Shown in pieces: positions 9,417-19,141 of a stretch of 64,000 nucleotides of DNA (its first letter is position 1; each line of letters begins with the position of its first letter). This stretch comes from an uncultured Chloroflexia bacterium. GTDB taxonomy: Bacteria; Chloroflexota; Dehalococcoidia; DSTF01; JALHUB01. Where the stretch lies: NCBI GenBank assembly GCA_963726245.1, contig CAVSBT010000038.1, positions 51,398 to 115,397 of the forward strand. Direction: 5' to 3'. Made by a program: the position numbers and the translations under genes. The notes under the pieces are model-generated. The model saw only the letters and a program-made list of their open reading frames with translations, was not told the DNA's origin and did no database searches.

Positions 9417-10757
9417 ATGAAAATGCTAGCAAAATCCCGACATGGATTCCTCATCGCGGCCATTCTGGTGGGCAGCCTTCTCCTGGTGAGCTGCGGTGGG
9501 GGAAATGGTGGGGGGAACAATAACGGGGCCGAAAAGACGACCACGCCTCCCGATACCACCGGCGTCACCGCCACCGAGGTCAAGTGGGGTACCCACTTCC
9601 CCTTGAGCCAGAACCCCGCCTCCGCCTACGCGCCCATCGCCTACGGCATGAAGGCGATGTTCGACTACGTCAGCGCCCAGGGGGGCGTCTATGGGCGGAA
9701 GATCACGCTGATCATCGGTGACGACCACTACAACCCCGCCGACACGGTGGAGGTCATCCGGCAGCTAGTGGAGCAGGATAAGGTCTTCGGGATAGTCGGC
9801 GGCCTTGGTGAGTCGACACACCTCGCCGTCTACAAGTACCTTGAGGACCAAGGCATCCCCGACATGTATGTGTCCACCGGTCTCGAGATGTGGACCGACC
9901 CGGTGGTCAAGAGCCGGTTTGCCGGCAACCCCGACTACGTCACCGAGGGCAAGTTCCTCGGGCAGTACATAGCCAAGAACTTCAACGGCAAGAAGGTGGG
10001 CTTTCTCCTCCAGAACGACCAGTTGGGAGTTGACGGCGAGAAGGGTCTGAGGCAAGGCCTGGAGGGCAGCGACGTCCAGATCGTCGACGAGGAGAGGTAC
10101 GAGTCGGCCAACTGGGACGCCTCGGCGCAGACGCAGCGGCTGAAGAACTCCGGTGCGGAGGTGCTCGTCGCCTTTGCCATCCCACCCCAGGCGGCCAGCA
10201 TGGTCAAGACAGCCCGCGAGACCCTTGCCTGGGATGTCCCCATCCTCGTTAGCGGCATCAATTGCAGCGATATCTTCATCTCCCTTGCTACGGCGAAGGA
10301 CGCCGAGGGAGTGATCAGCTTCACCTTTGGCCGCCAGGCTTATGCAACCGACCTTCCGCAGGTCCAGAAGTACGAGAAGATCTGGGCGAAGTACGGCAAC
10401 GGCGGCGATCTGAACAACTTCGAGCTCTATGGCATGTTCGTCGCCGAGCTGACAGCGTACAACATGGAAGAGGCCGGGCCGGACCTCAGCCGGCAGTCCT
10501 TCCTCGATGCCGCTGAGAACACGTGCAAGTTCGATTGCTCGACCTGTTTCGACACCGGGCCTGTTTCGACGAGCCCCACCGACCACAAGATATCGAAGCA
10601 CCTTGTCTACAATAAGGTTGTGAACGGCACCTGGCAGCAGATCAGCGATGTGGTCAGCTTCGAAACGACCAACGACTGCACGCCGCGGCAGATGCCTGCT
10701 GACTTCGACAAGCAACCCAAGCTCGGACGCCTCATCCCGTACGTCGAGGTGCCGTAG
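9417..10757 (+). CDS. ABC solute-binding lipoprotein, type A (close paralog of 6366-7699)
   Basis: Intact 446 aa ORF; 5' DNA nearly identical to the 6366 copy. Confidence 0.92.
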   Translation: MKMLAKSRHGFLIAAILVGSLLLVSCGGGNGGGNNNGAEKTTTPPDTTGVTATEVKWGTHFPLSQNPASAYAPIAYGMKAMFDYVSAQGGVYGRKITLIIGDDHYNPADTVEVIRQLVEQDKVFGIVGGLGESTHLAVYKYLEDQGIPDMYVSTGLEMWTDPVVKSRFAGNPDYVTEGKFLGQYIAKNFNGKKVGFLLQNDQLGVDGEKGLRQGLEGSDVQIVDEERYESANWDASAQTQRLKNSGAEVLVAFAIPPQAASMVKTARETLAWDVPILVSGINCSDIFISLATAKDAEGVISFTFGRQAYATDLPQVQKYEKIWAKYGNGGDLNNFELYGMFVAELTAYNMEEAGPDLSRQSFLDAAENTCKFDCSTCFDTGPVSTSPTDHKISKHLVYNKVVNGTWQQISDVVSFETTNDCTPRQMPADFDKQPKLGRLIPYVEVP

Positions 10758-10810
10758 CGAGCAGAACGCGAAGGTTGTGGCCAGAGGGGTCTTGGGCCGC
10801 CAGAGTGGTA

Positions 10811-12130
10811 GTGTCAGCACGATTTCGAAGCGGATTGCTCCTGGCAACGATGTTGCTCGCCGGGCTCTTCCTGATGAGCTGCGGCGGAGAAAAGGAGGGC
10901 GTCGGTAAGACGCCCACGGCGGCAACGCCAATAGCCGGCGAGACGCCGGGCGCCGATAAGGTGCCCGGCGTCTCGGACACGGAGGTGGTACTTGGGGCCC
11001 ACCTTCCCCTGAGTCAGTCGCCGGCCTCCTCCTACGCTGTCGTAGCCGATGGGATGCGGGCCTACTTCGACTACGTCAACTCCTTGGGGGGCGTCTACGG
11101 CCGGAAGATCACCTTTCTAATAGGCGATGACCACTTCAACCCTGCGGATGCGGTCGAGGTGGTGCGAAAGCTCGTCGAGCAAGACCAGGTCTTCGCTATC
11201 GTCGGCGGCGTCGGCGACCCGACCCAACTCGCGGTCATGCAATACCTGGAAGACAAGGGTGTCCCCGATCTCTTCCTGGGCGGCGGCGTCGTTGAATTCA
11301 CCGAGCCCGTGGTGAAGTCGCGCATCGGCATGACCTGTGACTATAAGACCGAAGCGGAGGTAATGGCCGACTACATCAAGAAGAATTACAGCGGGAAGAG
11401 GATGGGGATCGTCTATCAGAGCGATACCGCCGGCACCACTGGTCTGGAGATGATGACCGAGGCACTCAAGGACAGCGACATCCAGATCGTCTCCACGCAA
11501 TCGTACGATTGGGGCCAGTTCGACCTCACCGCGCAGATGCAGCGGCTGAAGAAAGACAATCCCGACTTCGTGGATCTGATGGCCAATGCGGGCGCGGCCG
11601 CCAGCGCCATCAAGGTGGCGCGAGAGCTTCTCGATTGGGACGTGCCCTTCATTACGAGCGCTGTTTCCGCCGTCGAGTTCACGATAGACCTGGCAGGCGC
11701 TAAGAACGCTGAGGGCACGGTCAGCGTGACCACCGGCAAGATGATATCGGAGAAGGATGACCCCGGCGTACAGCGCCATATCGAGTTGATGAAGCAGTTC
11801 GCCCCCACCGTAGCGCCGAGCTCTCTGACCGAGTACGGTATGACGGTCGCCGAGCTCATGGTTCAGGCGCTGAAGAACGCCGGCCCGAACCTGACCCGTG
11901 AAAGCATCGTGGAGGGTGCCGAAGCTATCCGCGACTACTGCTGCCTCGCCTGCCTGCTGCCCGCAAACCTCAGCCCAACCGATCATCGGGTGTCGGAGGC
12001 TCTGTGGTTCGAGAGGGTCGAGAACGGCCAGTGGGTGCGGTTCGGCGAGCCGGTGGTCCGTGAGTCGACGCCCGGCAAAGTCGTCGCCTGCAAGGGCACG
12101 GGAGAACCCGTTTACGCGAGCGGCGAGTGA
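10811..12130 (+). CDS. ABC solute-binding lipoprotein, type B
   Basis: Lipobox FLMSC; same family motifs; start uncertain (10775-10811). Confidence 0.9.
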   Translation: MSARFRSGLLLATMLLAGLFLMSCGGEKEGVGKTPTAATPIAGETPGADKVPGVSDTEVVLGAHLPLSQSPASSYAVVADGMRAYFDYVNSLGGVYGRKITFLIGDDHFNPADAVEVVRKLVEQDQVFAIVGGVGDPTQLAVMQYLEDKGVPDLFLGGGVVEFTEPVVKSRIGMTCDYKTEAEVMADYIKKNYSGKRMGIVYQSDTAGTTGLEMMTEALKDSDIQIVSTQSYDWGQFDLTAQMQRLKKDNPDFVDLMANAGAAASAIKVARELLDWDVPFITSAVSAVEFTIDLAGAKNAEGTVSVTTGKMISEKDDPGVQRHIELMKQFAPTVAPSSLTEYGMTVAELMVQALKNAGPNLTRESIVEGAEAIRDYCCLACLLPANLSPTDHRVSEALWFERVENGQWVRFGEPVVRESTPGKVVACKGTGEPVYASGE

Positions 12131-12140
12131 GGGCGGCGAG

Positions 12141-12178
12141 GGAACAAGCAACAAACAACAAGCAACAAGGAACAAGGG
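12141..12178. repeat. Heptamer tandem repeat (AAGCAAC/AAACAAC/AAGGAAC)
   Basis: GGAAC AAGCAAC AAACAAC AAGCAAC AAGGAAC AAGG in the intergenic gap. Confidence 0.7.
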
Positions 12179-12185
12179 AGGGCGC

Positions 12186-12935
12186 ATGGATCCGAAGGGG
12201 AAGGTTGCAATAGTCTCGGGAGGCGCCTCAGGCATAGGGCTGGCGACTGCCAAGCTGCTGGCGTCAAACGGCGCTCGGCTGGTAATCGCTGACCTGCAAT
12301 CCGAAGCCGGCGCGGCCGCGGCGCGCGACATCGAAGCGAGCGGCGGCGAGGCGCGCTTCATCCGTACGGACGTGACGAGGCGCGAGGACCTCCAGGGTAT
12401 GCTGGACTACGCCGTGCAGCAGTTTGGGCGCGTCGACATCGTCGACAACAACGCGGGCATCTCCGAGATCGGCGAGGAGCTGTTCGGGCCCAGCTCAGAC
12501 TTGTGGGAGAAGACGCTGGCGATTGACCTGGAGGCCGTCATTCGCGCCACCAAGCTCGAGGTCCAGCAGCTACGCCGTCAGGGCGGCGGAGGCGTGATCG
12601 TCAACATCGGCTCCATGGGCGGCCTGATACCGATGCCGATCAGCCCCGTCTACGCCGCAGCCAAGGCCGGCGTCATCCACTTCAGCCGTTCGCTCGCCTA
12701 CCTGGCGAGCGAGGGCATCCGCGTCAACGTGATCTGCCCGACGTACACCGACACGCCGTTCGTGCACACCCACGGAGAAGAGGTCGTCGAAGCGATGAGG
12801 GCCGAGGTCGGCGGCCTGCTCAAGCCCGAGCAGGTGGCCGAAGGGAAGCTGGAGCTGATCCGCGATGACTCACGCGCCGGGGCGGTGATGCGCGTCACGG
12901 TTAGGAAGGGTATCGACTACATCTTCGAGCGGTGA
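12186..12935 (+). CDS. SDR oxidoreductase
   Basis: SGGASGIG, NNAGI and YAAAK motifs; GGAGG RBS. Confidence 0.92.
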   Translation: MDPKGKVAIVSGGASGIGLATAKLLASNGARLVIADLQSEAGAAAARDIEASGGEARFIRTDVTRREDLQGMLDYAVQQFGRVDIVDNNAGISEIGEELFGPSSDLWEKTLAIDLEAVIRATKLEVQQLRRQGGGGVIVNIGSMGGLIPMPISPVYAAAKAGVIHFSRSLAYLASEGIRVNVICPTYTDTPFVHTHGEEVVEAMRAEVGGLLKPEQVAEGKLELIRDDSRAGAVMRVTVRKGIDYIFER

Positions 12936-13103
12936 CCCGCCGGCGTAGGCGGGCTCACGTGCCAGGATAAGGCCCGCTATCGCCCCACAGCCCGGCTGTT
13001 GTAACATGCGCTCGCCGCTGGCGGATCGTCACTGGCCGCGACGACATGCGTGGGGGAGTGTGACCCCGCGAGAGGGAGTGACGCGTTGGTCGAGGAGGCC
13101 TCC

Positions 13104-15122
13104 ATGGCGGAAGAACCTTACACGATGACCATCTCGCGAACGACGATCAACAACCTTGGGATAAAGTTGTACGACAAGGTTTCGGCTGTCGTCGCAGAGC
13201 TGGTAGCCAACGCCTACGATGCCGACGCTGAAGAAGTAATAGTTGAGGCGCCCCTGGGACAGTATCTCGCGTCGATGTCCGGGGGGCACGTAACGGACAA
13301 AGGATACAAGATACGCGTCGTGGACAACGGCCACGGCATGTCGCCGAGCGAGATAAATCCCCATTACCTGCCGGTCGGAAGAGACCGGAGGGCTGATGAG
13401 GGGCGGGGGGGCGCTTCACGAGAAAAAGGGCGGCCGGTGATGGGCCGGAAGGGAATCGGAAAGCTAGCGCCGTTCGGTATCTGCAAAACCATCCGGCTGA
13501 TCACAGCGGGGGGGCCGAGGACCTCCGATGGCTATCTCGCCGCGGACCTTACCTTGAGATTCGACGACATTCTGCAAGAGACGGACGAGCCGTATCGTCC
13601 CGAGCCGGGGCCCCTTGATTGCACATACAGGGAGCAGCGGGGAACCGAAGTGATCCTCGAGGACTTCTTCTTCCGCCGCATACCGGATGCCTCTGTGTTC
13701 CACCGCCAACTGGCGGGTCGGTTCGGGATCGCGCGTTCGGACTGGACAATTAGTGTTCGGGACTCCGCCGCGGGAGACGAGTTCACGGTCGGGGAGCTGG
13801 AGATCCCACTTTTGGAAGGGACTCGGATCTCGGTCGATGAGCGCCCCGTGAGAGTGAACGGCGAGCAGTTTCCGGTTCGAGGTTGGGTGGCCGTTTCGGA
13901 CCAGTCGTACAAAGACGAGGTCATGGCGGGCGTAAGGATATACGCACGTGGGAAGATTGTCTGCCAAACCAGGGACTTCGATATCCCAGCGGGCTTCACC
14001 GGGGAGCACACGATGCGCTCCTACTTAGTGGGCCAGATACACGCAAACTGGCTGGACGACGACCAAGAGGATCTAGTCCGGTCGGATAGGCAGGATATCC
14101 TTTGGAACACCGACCGAGGCCAGGCGTTGAAGGAGTGGGGCCAGGCTCTAATACGGCAACTAGGCAGGGCGTCGGAAGGCGTGCGCCGCGAACAGACGTG
14201 GGGGCTGTTCGCGGCGAAATCGCGCATTCAAGAGCTGGTTGAGGCCACGTTCCCTGCTGGGGAGCTCCAAGATGGGGTACTCGCCGTAGCCAAGGCAATC
14301 GCGAGGACCTTCTCCAGAGACGAGCTGGAGAACAAGGAACAGGTCGACGCCGTGGTCAACCTGGCTCTGGCTGTGGGTCCCCACCGTGTCCTGGTGCAGA
14401 AACTGCAGGAGGCCTCCACTGAGGTGGACAGCCCCTTCAGCGCCCTGGTGTCACTGTTCACCGAGGCGAGAATTGCTGAGATGTATTCGCTTGGCCAGAT
14501 CGCGGATGAGCGGGTGCGAATCATCGAGAAGCTGGAGCGCACACTCTCCGCGGCTCAGAATGAGGGGGAGCTTCAGAAGCTGATCGAAGAGGCACCTTGG
14601 CTTATCGATCCTCAGTGGACCCTTCTCACCAGGAACCAGAACCTGGAAACGTTCAGGGCTGCATTCGAAAGGTGGTACGAGCAACGGTACGGGGAGCGCG
14701 TCGTCACGTCCGCCATAGACTACCCTAGCCGCAGGCCTGACTTCGTCTTGATGGATTTCGGCAGAGCGCTTCAAGTGGTCGAGATCAAGCGGCCGGGCCA
14801 TCGGCTGTCGGACGCCGACTTCCAACGACTCCACAAGTACTACGAGGCGATCAGGCAGTTCCTGGGCGACCACCCTCAGTTCAACGAGGATTTCCCCAAT
14901 CAGTTCCGCATCACCCTCGTCTGCGACGAAGTAGAGCTGACCCCAATCAACCGAACCGCGTACGCAAAGCTTGAGGACGATGTCCTACGGCGGGTTTCGT
15001 GGGAGGTGTTCCTGCGCAAAACGAAGAAGATGCACGAAGCCTTCCTCTTCGTGGCGAGAATCAGGCCCGACGAACGCTCGGGCGCGGACGAGCCGGCTGC
15101 AGCGGGCACCGAAGCAGGCTAG
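13104..15122 (+). CDS. GHKL (MORC-like, HATPase_c_3) ATPase fused to a C-terminal PD-(D/E)xK nuclease
   Basis: Bergerat motifs ELVANAYDA, DNGHGM, GRKGIGK and GTEV; C-terminal RRPDFVL...VVEIKRP. Confidence 0.85.
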   Translation: MAEEPYTMTISRTTINNLGIKLYDKVSAVVAELVANAYDADAEEVIVEAPLGQYLASMSGGHVTDKGYKIRVVDNGHGMSPSEINPHYLPVGRDRRADEGRGGASREKGRPVMGRKGIGKLAPFGICKTIRLITAGGPRTSDGYLAADLTLRFDDILQETDEPYRPEPGPLDCTYREQRGTEVILEDFFFRRIPDASVFHRQLAGRFGIARSDWTISVRDSAAGDEFTVGELEIPLLEGTRISVDERPVRVNGEQFPVRGWVAVSDQSYKDEVMAGVRIYARGKIVCQTRDFDIPAGFTGEHTMRSYLVGQIHANWLDDDQEDLVRSDRQDILWNTDRGQALKEWGQALIRQLGRASEGVRREQTWGLFAAKSRIQELVEATFPAGELQDGVLAVAKAIARTFSRDELENKEQVDAVVNLALAVGPHRVLVQKLQEASTEVDSPFSALVSLFTEARIAEMYSLGQIADERVRIIEKLERTLSAAQNEGELQKLIEEAPWLIDPQWTLLTRNQNLETFRAAFERWYEQRYGERVVTSAIDYPSRRPDFVLMDFGRALQVVEIKRPGHRLSDADFQRLHKYYEAIRQFLGDHPQFNEDFPNQFRITLVCDEVELTPINRTAYAKLEDDVLRRVSWEVFLRKTKKMHEAFLFVARIRPDERSGADEPAAAGTEAG

Positions 15123-15141
15123 GCCTGGCTCCGCCCGTGCC

Positions 15142-15696
15142 ATGGCCACAGAGCGCTCCTCCGACAGCACGTCCCGCCGGATGGCGGCGGTCCGCCATGA
15201 AGACACGTCGGCGGAAATGGTCCTGCGAAGAGCCGTGAGGCAAGCGGGGATTCTCGGCTATCGTGCGAACCTCCGCACGCTCCCAGGCACCCCGGACATG
15301 GCCTTTACAAGATGGCGGGTGGCCGTCTTCGTTGACGGTGCGTTCTGGCATGGCCATCCACGGAAGTTCCCCGAGGAGAAGATGAGCCAGTACTGGCGGG
15401 ACAAGATCGCGCGCAACCAGTGTCGCGACAGGCGCGTGACTCGCGCCCTCAGGAGGATGGGGTGGCGAGTACTTCGCTTCTGGGACTTTGACGTAGAGAG
15501 GAATCCACGGCAAGCGGTGCGACGGATTGACGCCGCCCTTCGGCGAGCTCAATCAGCTTGCGCGCGTGCTCAACAAGCAGGTGAACTAGCCGGGCGGGGA
15601 CGGCGTTCCCGATCTGACGCGCTATCGACTGCACGCCCCCTCTCCACCGGTAGCCCAGCGAAAACGTCTGAAAAGCGGCGGCCTCGCGCAGTGTGA
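15142..15696 (+). CDS. vsr: Very-short-patch repair endonuclease
   Basis: SRRMAAVR..DT..E, LPGTPD, VFVDGAFWHGH, YWRDKIARN..RD, GWRVLRFW. Confidence 0.92.
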   Translation: MATERSSDSTSRRMAAVRHEDTSAEMVLRRAVRQAGILGYRANLRTLPGTPDMAFTRWRVAVFVDGAFWHGHPRKFPEEKMSQYWRDKIARNQCRDRRVTRALRRMGWRVLRFWDFDVERNPRQAVRRIDAALRRAQSACARAQQAGELAGRGRRSRSDALSTARPLSTGSPAKTSEKRRPRAV

Positions 15697-16573
15697 TGGG
15701 GCGGTCTTCTTCCGGATGCAGAAACCGGCCACAAGCTGGCGTGGTGCAACGTGTGGTGATGGTGGGGGCGGGTTGGTCCCACGCCATCCGCCCGTAGACG
15801 CTTCCGGCGCCAGAGGCCTTCAGCCGCTTGTGGCATTCTAGTTGGAGATTGGGCGGCAAATCCCGCCGGCTTCCGCCGTCGCGGGGGATTGCCCGCACTC
15901 GGGCCAAGATGTTTGGTGGAAGCTTGCGGCCGTCGTGGAGGCGATCTTGCGGATTGAGAGGACCCACGAGACGCAGCACGTCTCTAACCGTGTGCGGGTG
16001 CGAGCCCCAAGCCGCGCAGGCGTACGCCAGCCGGGGGTCTCGTATGGCAGAGTCAGGGAGCCCCCGCGGCGCGAACATCACCAGCCTTTTCCGTCGCTGG
16101 GGAACGCAAAAGTCCGCCGCGTCCAGAATCCACTCGCCAAGTCCGTATCCCAGCGCTGACAGCAACGCCTTCAGCTCCGCATACCTACCGTCGCCGATAA
16201 CACCCGGAACGTTCTCCAGCAGCACCGCTTTGGGCCGCAGGCAGTCCACAAGCTCCCCAACGGTCTTCACGTAGTCGTTTCGCTCGTCATCCCTGTCGCC
16301 TTTCCCAAGACTCGAAAACCCCTGGCAGGGGGGGCAAGCTGCCAGGATGGCAAGCTCCCCACGCTGAACGCCAGCTTCGCGCAGGATGCCAGACGGCGTG
16401 TACTCTTCGATTCTCTTGGCGACGACCGGCACGGACGGGAAGTTGGCCCTGTACGTGGCTACCGCATCTTCGTCGCTTTCAATGGCGAGCCGGACATCGC
16501 ACCCGGCCAGGACAAGCCCAGCCGTGGCGCCACCGGCGCCAGCAAACACGTCGATTGCACTCAAGCGGCTCAT
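15449..16573 (-). CDS. dcm: DNA (cytosine-5)-methyltransferase
   Basis: Motifs FAGAGG, PPCQGFS, ENV, QRRKR, REAA..Q and IGNAV. Confidence 0.95.
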   Translation of the reverse strand: MSRLSAIDVFAGAGGATAGLVLAGCDVRLAIESDEDAVATYRANFPSVPVVAKRIEEYTPSGILREAGVQRGELAILAACPPCQGFSSLGKGDRDDERNDYVKTVGELVDCLRPKAVLLENVPGVIGDGRYAELKALLSALGYGLGEWILDAADFCVPQRRKRLVMFAPRGLPDSAIRDPRLAYACAAWGSHPHTVRDVLRLVGPLNPQDRLHDGRKLPPNILARVRAIPRDGGSRRDLPPNLQLECHKRLKASGAGSVYGRMAWDQPAPTITTRCTTPACGRFLHPEEDRPITLREAAAFQTFSLGYRWRGGVQSIARQIGNAVPARLVHLLVEHARKLIELAEGRRQSVAPLAVDSSLRQSPRSEVLATPSS

Positions 16574-16681
16574 CGTCCCCAGTCTACCGTCCCTCTACCC
16601 GGGCGTCGAGCGCCCACGTGGAGCCGGGTCAACCTGCCCCACTACTGCGGCAGCTTGAGGACGGCGCCCGTGCTATGGTCC

Positions 16682-17227
16682 CTAGCCAGGAAGATACTGA
16701 GCGACGGGCGGCTCCACGTCGACCTGCAACGCCAGCAGCAGCCGCGCCACCATGCCCCAGTAGCCGGCCACGAGCGTCAGCTCAACCACCTCGGCCTCGC
16801 TGAATTGCCCGCGGGCTTCGGCGAACACCTCATCGGATACCGCCAGCGACGCTACGCTCTCCACGTAGCGAAGGGCGGCGCGTTCTCGCTCGTCGAAGTG
16901 CGGGGACGTGGGCCAGCTCTTCAAGGCGGCGATCTGCTCCTCGCTGACGCCCGCCTCGCGGGCGATGGGGACGTGGTGGGCCCACTCGTAGCCGGCCCCC
17001 GTCATCTGGGCGACGCGCAGGATCGCCAGCTCGCGCAGGGCCGGCGGAAGCAGCCCGTACATGAGCAGCGAGTTGCCCAGGCGCAGGAAGTTCCGGATCA
17101 CGTTCGGGTCGTTGGCCAGGGTGCGGTGGAGGTTCAGGACCTCTGAACCCCTCGCCTCCATTCCGGCCAACACCTCACGGGCGTCTCCCTGCGCCTTCGC
17201 CGTCGTGACGTAGCCTACGCGCGCCAT
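16682..17227 (-). CDS. Carboxymuconolactone decarboxylase/AhpD-like protein
   Basis: LRELAILRVA...YEWAHH..A; FDERERAAL. Confidence 0.88.
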   Translation of the reverse strand: MARVGYVTTAKAQGDAREVLAGMEARGSEVLNLHRTLANDPNVIRNFLRLGNSLLMYGLLPPALRELAILRVAQMTGAGYEWAHHVPIAREAGVSEEQIAALKSWPTSPHFDERERAALRYVESVASLAVSDEVFAEARGQFSEAEVVELTLVAGYWGMVARLLLALQVDVEPPVAQYLPG

Positions 17228-17284
17228 CGTGTCCTCCTTGTCTCATTCATGGGGTTTGTTGAGAAACGGCCTTCCGGCAGACCC

Positions 17285-17345
17285 GTCATTCTGAGCGCAG
17301 CGAAGAATCTGATTCGGCGAGACCCTTCGCTTCGCTCAGGGTGAC
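17285..17345. repeat. REP-like palindromic element (GTCATTCTGAG class)
   Basis: GTCATTCTGAGCGCAGCGAAGAATCT...AGACCCTTCGCTTCGCTCAGGGTGAC inverted repeat. Confidence 0.75.
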
Positions 17346-17425
17346 AAGACAGAGGGTTCGGCGACAGACCCGTCTAGCCTTGTCCGGACGGAGCGAAATG
17401 GGCGTTCGGTTGCTTGGCTTCATCC

Positions 17426-17449
17426 CTGAGGGTTGAAACCCTCAGCTTC
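17426..17449. repeat. Degenerate GTAG-family REP
   Basis: CTGAGGGTTGAAACCCTCAG-CTTC; similar to the REPs at 30594-30686. Confidence 0.55.
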
Positions 17450-17487
17450 GGCGAAGCTGCGCATTTCAATGCGCAGGGCGGGTTGGC

Positions 17488-19141
17488 TCACTCCGGCAGC
17501 CGCAGCACGGCGCCGGTGCTCGCTGAGGTCACCAGGGCCGAGTACCGCTTCAAATACGACGCGACCTCCCGCTTCAGGGGAGGCGCCGACCACCGCGCCA
17601 GCCGCCTGTCGATCTCCGCCTGCGGCAGATCGACGTTGAGCGTCCGCTGCGGGATGTCGATCTCGATCATGTCGCCCTCCGCCACGATGGCCAGCGGCCC
17701 GCCCTCCATAGCCTCCGGCGAGATGTGGCCGATGGCGGCACCCTTCGTCGCGCCCGGAGAAGCGGCCGTCGGTGATGAGCGCCACCTCCCCATCCAGTTG
17801 CCTGGCGGCGATCGCCATGGTGGCGATGAACATCTCCCGCATGCCGGGCCCGCCCCTGGGCCCTTCGTAGCGAATGACCACCACGTCACCGCTCTTGATG
17901 GCGCCGCCGAAGATGGCCTGCACGGCCTCCTCCTCGATGTCGAAGACGCGGGCCGGGCCGCGATGCCTCAGCATCTCAGGCAGCACCGCCGACTGCTTGA
18001 CCACCGCGCCCTCCGGCGCCAGGTTGCCGTAGAGGATGGCCAGCCCGCCCTCGGCGTCGTAGGGGTTGGCGATCTCCCTAATCACGTCGCGTCTCTTGAT
18101 GCGGGCGGCCTCGACCAACTGGCCCGCGGTCTGGCCGCTTAGCGTCATGGCGTCCAGGTGTATGAGGCCCTTCGAGGCGAGCTCCTTCATGACGGCCTGG
18201 ATCCCGCCGGCCTGGTAGAGGTCCTCCTCGTGGTGGCGGCCCCCGGGGCTGAGATCGCACAGGCGCGGCGTGCGCCTCCCGATGCGGTCGAAGGTGTCGA
18301 GGTCGAGGTCCACTCCGGCCTCGGCGGCGATGGCCATGAGATGGAGGATGGTGTTCGAGGAGCCGCCGATCGCCATGTCCACGGTGATGGCGTTCTCGAA
18401 GGCTTCCTTGGTCAGGATGCTCCTGGGGGTCGTCTCTTCGTTGAATAGGTCCATCACCCTGATGCCCGTGTGCCTGGCCAGCTCCCGCCTCTTGCCGTAG
18501 ACGGCGGGGATGGTGCCGTTGCCGGGCAGGGCGAGCCCCAGGGCCTCGGCCATGCAGTTCATGCTGTTGGCGGTGAAGAGGCCGGCGCAGGCGCCGCAGG
18601 TGGGCGCGGCCGCCTCGATGAAGTCCTCGCGGTCCTCCTCCGATACCTCTCCCCGCTGCACCATGCCGACCAGGTCGCCGAGGCTGCTCACGTCGATGGC
18701 CTGGCCCTGGAAGCAGCCCGCCAGCATGGGACCGCCGCTGATGAGAATCGCGGGGACGTTCAGCCGGGCCATCGCCATCATCATGCCAGGGGTGATCTTG
18801 TCGCAGTTGGTGACCAGCACCATGGCGTCGAGGGCGTGCGCCAGCATCATCGCCTCGATGGAATCGGCGATGAGCTCCCGGCTGGCCAGCGGGTAGCACA
18901 TGCCGGCGTGACCCATGGCGAGGCCGTCGCAGATGGCGATGCTGGGGAACTCGAATGGGGTCCCGCCGGCGGCGATGATCCCCTCCCTGGCGGCGGCGGC
19001 GATCTCGTTCAGGTGGATGTGGCCCGCGACGAGCTCATTCTGGGAGTTGACCACGCCCACCAGGGGCCTGGCCATCTCCTCCCGCGTCCTGCCCATGCCC
19101 AGGAAGAAGGACATGCGGCTCTTCACGACGTCGCTACGCAT
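17488..19141 (-). CDS. ilvD: Dihydroxy-acid dehydratase, frameshift ~17754
   Basis: CDGLAMGH, CDKITPG, FTANSM, GGSSN, GPRGGPGM and TDGRFSG; the C-terminus continues in ORF 17488-17889 (GATKGAAIGHISPEA). Confidence 0.9.

Noticed and set aside
7463-11953. c-type heme binding in the SBP CxxC motifs
   Set aside because: No His follows the CxxC (CTTCF, CSTCP, CSTCF, CLACL).
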